This document shows, in pieces, positions 55,457-64,000 of a DNA stretch of 64,000 nt. The DNA is from Lama glama (Eukaryota), in the NCBI GenBank assembly GCA_028534125.1, contig CM052818.1, positions 32,614,001 through 32,678,000 of the forward strand, in the 5' to 3' direction. Numbering within the stretch: position 1 is the stretch's first letter; each line of letters begins with the position of its first letter. A model generated the notes under the pieces. The model made no database searches, was not told where the DNA came from, and saw nothing but the letters and a program-made list of their open reading frames with translations. The position numbers and the translations under genes were made by a program.

Positions 55457-55550
55457 CAGTTAGCACAGAGTAGGCGGCTCCCATATCTAATAAGAAGACA
55501 AGTTTCTTACCTCCCATGTCAAGGGTTACCCGAGGCTCCTCCAGAGAGAT
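55457..55550 (-). pseudogene. Retroviral aspartic protease N-terminal remnant
   Basis: Translates ISLEEPRVTLDMGGKKLVFLLDMGAAYSVLT, with catalytic DTG changed to DMG. Confidence 0.85.
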
Positions 55551-55851
55551 GACAAGGTGTCCATTGGGAGCCAGAAAGGATCCCAGGCCCCATCAGTCTT
55601 CGGTCCTCTCAGCCATCATGGTTTGGAAGCCTCAAGCCCCCTTTGGGACTAGGGGCAATCCCTCTCCCAGTGGCCTTCTTGTTTGCATATTGGGCAGGGC
55701 CCCAGTGGACTTTTTCCATACACGAGGCGTTCATCCTTCCAGTGGCCCTCCTGGCCACACTAAAACAGGTCCCTTCTTGGTGAAGCAGTGGCTCTGATCC
55801 AGGTGTCCTGGATCCTGTCCTCACCATGGGTCTTCAAAAGGGAAGGTTAAC

Positions 55852-56018
55852 GGGGAACGTATGGCTCAGTAGTAGATTGCTTGCTTAGCATGCATGAGGT
55901 CATGGGTTCAATCCCCAGTACCTACGTTAAATAAAAAAAAAAATAGATAAGTAAACCTATTTACCTCCCCTCTCAAAAAAATAAATAAAATAAAATAAAA
56001 TAAAAATAAAGTATAAAA
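55852..56018 (+). mobile_element. tRNA-Ala-derived SINE (camelid Vic-1-like) inserted into ERV gag
   Basis: GGGGAACGTATGGCTCAGTAGTAGA...GCTTAGCATGCATGAGG..GGGTTCAATCCCCAGTACC (A and B boxes), A-rich tail, imperfect TSD caaaagggaaggttaac / cagaagggagggtaac. Confidence 0.85.
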
Positions 56019-57547
56019 CAGAAGGGAGGGTAACCCTGAGGTGGTGCAAGGGTTAGGGCTGCTGCTAAGAATTGTCTTTCGTTGTTGTCCTTGAATACTT
56101 TAACCCTATCTCTGTTGTTAAATACTCCAAATGCCAGATTCATGAGCTGATTCATGGGGGTCTGGGGACCCCAGCTGCTCAGATGGGGCATTAGGGGCAG
56201 ATGGTTTGTAAGACTGTCCCCCGCTCAGAGCTGGGGGAGGTAGGAGTTCCCAGCTGTGGAGCATGGGGAGCTGGACCCATAAGAGGGTCATCTAAAACAT
56301 CAGCTCCCATGGGGGAAGGCACTTTGAGGGGACGTGAGCCAGGCATACCTGGCAGGAGTTCTTTGGACCTGGGTCTTGGAACAGGGTCAGGAACATTGGG
56401 ACATATGGGACCTCCCCTCATTTACCTTCCCTTTTGCAAAACAGGTCCAGCTGCAAGATGGTACTGTAATTTAATGATCCATTTTTTGGCCAGAACTCTT
56501 GGTCCTAGTTTGTATTGGGGCCATAAAGTATTGCAAAAGAAAGTTAATTTCTTTTTCCTTAACTATCCTAAATTTCCCCCAATTAACTAATATGTATCCT
56601 AATGGGGAGTCCTTTGGGATGCTTGTGGTCACCCCCATTTTAGTTAGGATGTCATGCCTGAGATAGCTCCTTTGGATGAGGCAAGGAGAGGAGCAAGGTG
56701 TGGGGGGGGACGTGACCAGAGCCCCAGGGCCCAAATTCTTTAAAGAGGGAGAGAGACTTAGGCCTTGAATCAACTAAATTGGATTACCTTTATCTGAAAG
56801 AAAAAAGAAACAAATAGAGCTGAAGGGTAGGGCTGGAGGGCCACAAGGCAAGGCAAAATCTTCCCTTAGAATACAGTCCATGTGATGCTGAGGAGGGGCA
56901 CCTGTTCACAGAAGTAAAAGAGGCAACACTCAAACTGCTGGCAAAGCAGGCAAGAAGGCTCAAAGATTAATATATAGTCTAATAAGTCAGGACACAGGAG
57001 GATATGAGAGAAATCCAGGGCAAAGAAGGAAGGTGTACAACCATGTTGCTTCCTGGAGTAGAGATCCATAGGCCCATTACAGGGAGTGCCCACCAACAAC
57101 TTCCACCCAGAGGCCCAGTGAGCCTATGAGCCCGTGAAGAGAGTGCCCGCCAACAAATTCCACACAGGGGTTCAGAGTAGAGAGGAGGAATTGGGCTCGA
57201 GGAGCCAGAGGGGAAACTCACCCAATCAGGTGGTCAATTTCTTGCCATGCGGTCTTAATTTGGATGTCTGAGTCTTCACCTCCTTGGATCTTCTAGAGTC
57301 CAAAGAGATAGAGCAACAGGGGAAAAGAGAAAAGACTGAGGAGAGAAAAGCCTTGGGCTTGGTAGGCTCCTTCACAGCTAAAGAATCAGTCTCTGTCAGA
57401 TCCTGCAGGCAGCGCCAGATGCCACCTAAGGGGCTGCCTAAATCTGCATGACGTGGGAGAAACCCTCTTCCACCATCCAGGGAGAGGGGAGCAATAGCCC
57501 TAAAGGCAGATCGAGATTATGCCCTTTGAAGCCAATTTTTTATTTCA

Positions 57548-57565
57548 GTCCCTTCATGGTTGCCA
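57548..57565 (-). other. Retroviral primer-binding site complementary to tRNA-Arg(TCG-type) 3' end
   Basis: Minus strand TGGCAACCATGAAGGGAC a few nt after the LTR-terminal CA (57570); differs from the recalled tRNA-Arg PBS TGGCGACCACGAAGGGAC only at two CpG-decay positions. Confidence 0.8.
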
Positions 57566-57569
57566 AAAA

Positions 57570-57816
57570 TGGTACAGGAAGAAAGCAAGAGGAGGAGGGG
57601 GTGGTGGAGTGAGAGGATGGCTGTGTCCCAGGTCTCAGTTGAGTCCCTGGGACATTCCCTGCCAAGTGAGGGTCCTTGACTTCACATAGGAAAGAATTCG
57701 AGAGCGAGCCACAGTTGAGTAAAAGTAGACTTATATTGAGAGAACTACATAGTGGGGTGAGGGGGTATTAAAGGTAGATATACAATCCATAGACAGTGCA
57801 GGCCACCTCAGAAGGC
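57570..57816 (-). mobile_element. Partial 5' LTR (R-U5 portion) of the ERV1 fragment
   Basis: Ends in CA next to the PBS; contains ERV1-LTR-type motif tttactcaactgtggctcgctctcgaattctttcct; similarity stops at the (GA)n tract. Confidence 0.75.
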
Positions 57817-58289
57817 GAGAGAGAGAGAGAGAGATGCACATTCTTAAAGAAGCAACTAGATCATTACTTCCGAAAGAACTACCTCAACCTAAGGAGGTCG
57901 AATTTCCCAATTTTTAAAAATCATATTATATTCATATCAAATGAGAAACACAAATTTTAATGTTATAATATTCCATGATGAAATCCATTTTCTTAATCTG
58001 TTGGTTTACCTCAAATCCTATCAAAATTCTCATCAGGTTTTTTCTTTAACTTGGGAGAAAATTATTTGAAAGTTCCTCTGTAACCTGTGACAGTCATACT
58101 GTTAGGCAATTTGACAATATCTACTAAAATTTAAGGTACACATACTTTGTGACCTAGAATTCTCCTTCTCGATACACACCCCAGGAAGACCCTGGTACAT
58201 ATGGACAAGAAGCATGAACAAGGTCACCACAACATTCTTTATTTTTCTGAGAAATTGGAGACAACCTCGATTTAACAGCTTAAAATCAC

Positions 58290-58465
58290 TGTAGTGGTTC
58301 TCAAAAGGGAGTACGTTCAAAGAACAGCAGCGTCAAGGGCACCTGGGAACTTGTTAGAGATGCACATTCCCTGCCCCTCCCCACCCCACTGACTCAGAAA
58401 CACTAGGGGGGACCCAGCTACCTGTGCCTTCACCAGCCCGCCAGCTGATCCTGATGCAGTTCCAC
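58290..58465 (+). mobile_element. MER5A-like hAT MITE
   Basis: tagtggttctcaaa...cacctgggaacttgttagagatgcacattc...ctgactcagaaac. Confidence 0.8.
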
Positions 58466-58771
58466 ATTACCAAGCTGGAAGTCCTCTAAGATACACTGGG
58501 TAATAAAAAGCAAGTTCAAGTTGCAGGATGCTACTTACAGTATACCATTTACGTGGGGGAAAAGAAACTACTTATTTCCTAAGAACACATTTGTGTATGT
58601 GCAAATGCATAGAGAAGGGTTTGGAAAAATCCAGACTCTAAGAATAACAGTGGTTAGCTCTGCATATAACCATTGCAAGCAGGGAGGAAGGGGATCAGAC
58701 ATGGTGGGCAAAGTTAGTATAGCCTTATATGTCAAGTTCTGTCCTTTTTTTTTTTTTTACAAGAATGAATT

Positions 58772-59090
58772 TCTACTTATCTACAAAACAGAAATAGACT
58801 CACAGACATAGAAAATAAACATGGTACCAAAGGGGAAAGATAGGGAGGAAGGGATAAATTAGGAGTTCAGATACATTTCTTTGAGATTTGTAGATACTAT
58901 TATACATAAAATAGTTAAACAAGTTTATACTGTATAGCACAGGGAACTATATTCAATATCTTATAGTAACCTATAATGAAAAGGAATATAAAAACAAATA
59001 TATGTATGTATATGTATGACTGAAACATGCTGTACAACACAAATTGATACAATTATTATAAACTGACTATACTTCAATAAATTTTTTTAA
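58772..59090 (+). mobile_element. L1 3'UTR fragment of the same lineage as 62480-63390
   Basis: acttatctacaaaacagaaatagactcacagacatagaaaa...gtatagcacagggaactatattcaatatctt...actatacttcaataaa. Confidence 0.88.
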
Positions 59091-59129
59091 AAGTATTTCC
59101 ATATTACTTGTCTGATTAAAATTATTTTT

Positions 59130-59372
59130 TAATGAGATACAGAGGATCAAATTCATAGAAAGGGGAACAGTGGTTGCCAGGGGCTGGGGGGAGGGGAAAA
59201 GAGGAGTTAGTGTTTAATGGGTACAGATTCAAGTTGAAAGGATGAAAAAGTTCTACAGATGGGTGGTGGTGGTTACTCAACAATGCGAATGTACTTAATG
59301 CCACTGAACCATAGACTTTAAAAATGGTTAAAATGGTAAATTTCACATTATGTATATCTTGCAACTTAAAAT
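59130..59372 (+). mobile_element. Old L1 (L1MB-like) 3' end
   Basis: gtggttgccagggg...gtgtttaatgggtacag...aatgtacttaatgccactgaac...aaaatggttaaaatggtaaattt. Confidence 0.8.
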
Positions 59373-59387
59373 TTTTTAAATGAGATG

Positions 59388-59470
59388 GATGGATATAGTG
59401 CAGTGCTGGCCCACATGCTTAGCATGCACGAGGTCCTGAGTTCAATTCCCAGTACCTCCACTAAAAAATT
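59388..59470 (+). mobile_element. Second tRNA-Ala-derived SINE copy (Vic-1-like, short)
   Basis: GGATATAGTGCAGTG...ATGCTTAGCATGCACGAGGTCCTGAGTTCAATTCCCAGTACCTCCA, homologous to the 55852 copy. Confidence 0.8.
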
Positions 59471-59679
59471 TTTTTTAATTTATCTTTTAAAATACTTGAG
59501 CTATGAAGTAGACAGCATTGTGAAATGAACTCTGCTTTTGGCAGGAAGGCTGCCCTCGTCTCAAGGGTGGGCTCACAGAAGTCACCGGTGTGGTGTGACA
59601 CTGTCCCTGGCAGGGTAACTGGACATGGTAGACACCTGAACCAAGATGCAGCCAGACTGTCTCTCCCAGGAATGGGCGA

Positions 59680-60145
59680 TGTGGACTGGTTCAGGCTCCC
59701 AGCAGGAAACAGATGACACACTCAAACAGGGTATCTGAGGAGTGTTTCAGAGAAAGACTATTTGCAGAGGTCTGGGTAGAGTTCAGGAAACCAACAGAGG
59801 AGGGTGAGGCACTCTGGGACAGACAAGAAAAGAAAGAAACCGACACACGGAAGCCACAAAAAAACAAAGAGGGGTGGAACTATTACGGACTCCAGGCAGG
59901 GTTAAGACAGGTGGAGGAACACAGCAGCCCCAGCCAAACCACAGCCTGACAGAGGGCTCACCAGGGGAACGAATACTCAGACCTCCCCTCCCACCCTCCC
60001 AGCTCTTGCCAGTATCACCCATCTGCTGATCCCAACCAGAAGCCAGGCGAGGGGGCTGGGCTGATGCAGTTTGTAACACTTGATCACTTAGAGTGTAGAG
60101 CAGATGGAGAAAGGTGGAGAGAGGATCTGGAGAAGCAGAGAAAGT
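59680..60145. mobile_element. Old ERVL/MaLR-type LTR remnant
   Basis: ggctcccagcaggaaacagatgacacactcaaa...cccaaccagaagccag...ggtggagagaggatctggag pattern; subfamily not resolved. Confidence 0.55.
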
Positions 60146-60586
60146 CAGCTCTCCCAAGAATCAGCAAGTGGCTGGGTTATAACCATAGACGGGACGGGAA
60201 AGCAGAGAGGAGGTAGAGGTAGTAGATAAAGGACCATGGGCGGACCCATGGTTCTGCCCCTCCCACTTGTAATCCCTTCCTGAGGCCTCGCTGTTTCCGC
60301 CTACTACACAGATTCTTTGAAACTTTCTTCTTCCTTTTTTTTTTTTTTTGCTTAAGCTGCCTCTAGTTAAGTTTTTCTTGCAACCAAAGAATCTTCCCTT
60401 AGTAATATGGGAGAATAAAAAGGCAAAAAAAAATTTAGGAAAATATTTCCAAGAGGTATAAACATACCACCTAAAAGAAAAATTCTAAAGCCCAATAAGA
60501 GAGAGCAATGGAATGGAACAGACAGTACTGAAACAGACCTACCTTATGGCAAAGCAAGCACAAGTCTATGGGAGAGAAAAAGAGGG

Positions 60587-60930
60587 TCCTAGTCCATCTG
60601 GGCTGCTGGTAACAAACCACCACAGACTGTGCGGTTTAGACAATAAACGTTAGACAATAATAAACAAACATTTATTTCTCACAGTCCTGACGGCTGAGAA
60701 GCAGTCGGCAGATCTGGCACCCGGTGAGAAGCTGCTTCCTGTTTGCAGACAGCAGTCTTCTGCTTCCTCACACAGTGGCTGGCAGAGAAAGCAAGCTGTG
60801 TCTCTTCTTATGAGGGCTCTAATCCCATCATGAGGGCTCCCCTTTCATGACTCATTACCCACCAGAGGCCCCACATTCAGGATTAGAGTTTCAACATATG
60901 AATTTGGGAGAAACACAAATTCAGCCCATA
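60587..60930 (-). mobile_element. ERVL-MaLR solo LTR (MLT1A-like)
   Basis: gtcctagtccatctgggctgct...tttatttctcacagt...taatcccatcatgagggctcc...tttcaacatatgaatttggg. Confidence 0.85.
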
Positions 60931-62479
60931 GTAGAGTATTCAACAGTGTGGAAGAAACTGATGCAGGGGAACTCCAGGTTAGAGCCTCATCTCACAGATA
61001 CATCAAAAATAGTTCCATACGGATGAGAGCAGCAGCTTTCTTCTATCTTACCCCCAAACATTTTCCATTGCAACCCAGTATATATATGCCCCTCTAAAAG
61101 TTACTCTTAACTACGTGCAATGCACTGATCTTTTCTATAATTACCTTTGCTACTTTGAAAAATGATGGCTGCAACCTACTTTATTTCACAATGCACTGAT
61201 ACATCACAGCCAGTTACTAGGGAGGGAAATGTGGAAAAAAAAAAGACAGATATAAAACAATTAGAAAATGAAAAGAATAACATCCTAGGGGAAATATTTT
61301 AAGCTTAAAAACAATAAAACTATAGAGGAAAACAGTATTATTAAAAAAAGAAAAGCAAATGGGGAAAAATATTTGTACCATCTGTTTGGCAAGAGATGAA
61401 TGTCTTTAATATACAAAAAGACTTTACAGGTAAATAAGACAATCCCTTTAACCACAGACCTGAAACCACAATACTCTTAAAAAATACAAGTAGCTACAAA
61501 AAAAGCAGGTGACCTGAAGTTCACGATGAAGTGGAAACATAGCAACACTGCTTGTGGGTTGAAAATCAATACAATCTTTCTGGAAAAGGATTTGGGCACA
61601 TTTCTTAAGTCTGAAGAGACTATTCATGTATTTTATTAAATAACACTACTCCTAAGAATATCTCATAAGGATACTTTCCAAAAAAATACAAAATGTAAGA
61701 ATTTCACTGTAGCATTATTTATAACAAACTATAACAGGAGAGTAAGTTCAAGTTTAACATGGGTAGAATGCTAAGAACCACAAGAATTTCAAAGGATAAT
61801 TAACAATACATTACATGACAAAGAATAATGTATTATGATTCCAGTTTCATAAGAAAAACGTGTGTGCCCTCATGCAAAGATAAAAAGAGTAAAAGGAGAT
61901 ACACCGTAAAGATACAAACGGTTATCTCTGTTAACATTTTACTCTCCTTCTTTATGCTTTTTGGTATGTTCCAAAATTTACTCAGTGAATGTTGTTACTT
62001 TTTAAATAATAGATTTTAAAAATACATTAAAGAAAAGGAAAAAGAGTAAGTTCACTTTTTCACCTGTGGAAAAGGAGAACTGTGCATACATACCCTTAAG
62101 GCTCTGTCTGAATTTCTTAAAAATGCCAGAGACAGAAAGGAGTTTCCCTTAGAACCTGTGCCCCCACAACCCATATTGAAAGACACTTAACAATTAATTG
62201 TTCCAGGTGCTGCACTTCGGTGCTCAGTGCCCCACAGACACTGCTCCACTGGTTCTCACAGCATCCTTGCAACAAACAGCATTGTCTTTAATCTCCCGTC
62301 ACGGACCCAAAAAAGAAATTAAGTAGATTTACCATTGCCATTCTGCAGTGGGGACCCAGAATTTGAGCTTCCAGCCCTAAACTTGGTCTCTCCACAAGAG
62401 ACTGATTGTGTTCATGTTTTCACCTTCATTTCTTAGATCTGATCCTTCCACAAAAATCACTAATTAAGAGACTGCCAGT

Positions 62480-63390
62480 TGACAAAGAACCTAAACAAGC
62501 AATTCTCCAGTGAAGACATACAGATGGCTAACAGGCACATGAAAAAATGCTCAATATCGTTAATTATCAGAGAAGGGCAAATCCAAAGTACAATGAGGTA
62601 TCACCTCACACCAGTCAGAATGGCCATCATTCAAAAGTCCATGAACAATAAATGATGGAGAAGGTGTGGAGAAAAGGGAACCCTCCTAAACAGCTGGTGG
62701 GAATGTAGTTTGGTGCAGCCATTGTGGAAAACAGTATAGAGATTCCTCAAAAGACTAAAAACAGACTTACCATATGATCCAGCAATCCCATTCCTGGGCG
62801 TATATTTGGAGGGAACTCTAACTCAAAAAGATACCTACACCCTAATGTTAATAGCAGCACTATATACAACAGCTAAGACATGGAAGCAACCTAAATGTCC
62901 ACTGACAGATGACTGGATAAGGAAGTTGTGATATATTTATACAATAGAGTACTACTCAGCCATAAAAGGAATGCCATTTGCAGCAACATGGATGGACCTA
63001 GATATCGTTATTCTAAGTGAAGCCAAAGAGAAAGAAAAATACCATATATCACTCATATATGGAATCTTAAAAAAAAAATGACTGAACTCACTTACAAAAT
63101 AGAAATAGACTTGCAGACATAGTAAACAATCTTATGGTTACCAGGGAAGGGGGTGGGAAGGGATGAATTTGGGAGTTTGAGACTTATAAATATTAGCCAC
63201 TATATATAAAAATAGATTTTAAAAAGTTTCTTCTTTATAGCACAGGGAACTATGTTCAGTATCTTGTAATAACCTTTAATAAAAAAAATTAAATCGAATA
63301 TATGTATATATACACATGACTGGGACACTATGTTGTACACCAGAAACCTACATTGTAATTTACTGTACTTCAATTTAAGAAAAATTAAGC
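62480..63390 (+). mobile_element. 5'-truncated L1 (ORF2 C-terminus plus 3'UTR), relatively young
   Basis: Canonical L1 ORF2-end DNA (tatcacctcacaccagtcagaatggccatcatt; gcagcaacatggatggacctag), 3'UTR tatagcacagggaactat, A-rich end. Confidence 0.92.
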
Positions 63391-64000
63391 ATCTAGATCA
63401 TGATAAAGAAGAGTTGAACAACCACATAAATGTACTTCATGCTACAGAACTGCACACTTAAAAATGGTTAAACTAGTATATTTTACCACAATTTAAAAAA
63501 GGAGGGGTGGTGGGGTTGCCAGGTTGAGGATGATTAACAAAGTCAAAGTTTGGCTGAAACAAGAATTTGTTCCTTACATGTAACCATATTTGGTGGGACT
63601 CATGGTTCCTGAATCATGAGAATGCACCCTAACCAGCAGTCGTAGGTAGATGCCTGTGAAGACCCAAACACCGACATTCCATCCACAGTGACTGTCCTGT
63701 TCAAAGGAGAAGGATCAGTATGAAGTGAGAAGATTCAACCAGCGTGCAGGGAAGCCAAGAATTCCAACCCCTCCCGTACAGACTACGCTCTGTCCACTGC
63801 ACTTAGCTATGAAGACCATCCCCATTCACTTCTCTCACATTCCGATTCCACACTCTGGGTCAAATCAATCTTCCCGTTATAAAACTGGTGTTTACTGTGT
63901 GACTTTCTTATCCAAAAAAAAGACTTTTCACCCCCCAATAAGAACACTGCTCCACTGGAGACGTGTCTTGCTCACTACCAATAAATGTGCCATTTAATAA

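Larger units (their letters stand above)
55453..57816 (-). mobile_element. Class I (ERV1, gamma-like) endogenous retrovirus fragment: R-U5, PBS, leader, degenerate gag, start of pro
   Basis: gag MA MGVTTSIPKDSPLGYILVNWGKF from 56638, then frameshifted FFCNTLWPQYKL and ILQLDLFC; CA C-terminus PQTPMNQLMNLAFGVFNNRD; zinc knuckle CPICKQEGHWERDC; protease EEPRVTL...FLLDMGAAYSVL. Confidence 0.92.

Noticed and set aside
55852..55925. tRNA-Ala-like gene
   Set aside because: Degenerate stems, SINE-type 3' extension, A-rich tail and TSD indicate a SINE, not a functional tRNA. The same applies to the 59388 copy.
60232..60253. Perfect short hairpin accatggg-cgga-cccatggt
   Set aside because: An 8-bp stem in a repeat-rich region is too short to be meaningful in 64 kb.

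Overview
Mammalian genomic DNA, most likely camelid (two copies of a tRNA-Ala-like SINE resembling camelid Vic-1). The window holds most of the TOGARAM2 (FAM179A/crescerin-2) gene on the minus strand. I traced 17 coding exons by hand from ATG at 29939 down to 2796: 2638 nt, 879 codons plus 1 nt, all GT-AG with consistent phases. The final exons lie beyond the left edge, and a candidate non-coding first exon with an RFX-like promoter sits at about 40.7-41.1 kb. Positions 43-64 kb are repeat-rich upstream DNA (L1, MaLR, MER DNA transposons, SINEs). The most notable observations: (1) a 160-bp intronic segment (14481-14640) made of two near-abutting inverted copies, one pairing within the intron and one pairing across the exon at 13871-14024, with mismatches mostly G-U compatible in the sense pre-mRNA; (2) an apparently U3-less ERV1 fragment (R-U5, PBS-Arg, gag with two zinc knuckles, start of protease) bounded on both sides by (GA)n tracts. 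Almost all ORFs in the supplied track are spurious apart from those overlapping exons, ERV gag and L1. Repeat subfamily names come from recalled motifs, not from a database search.
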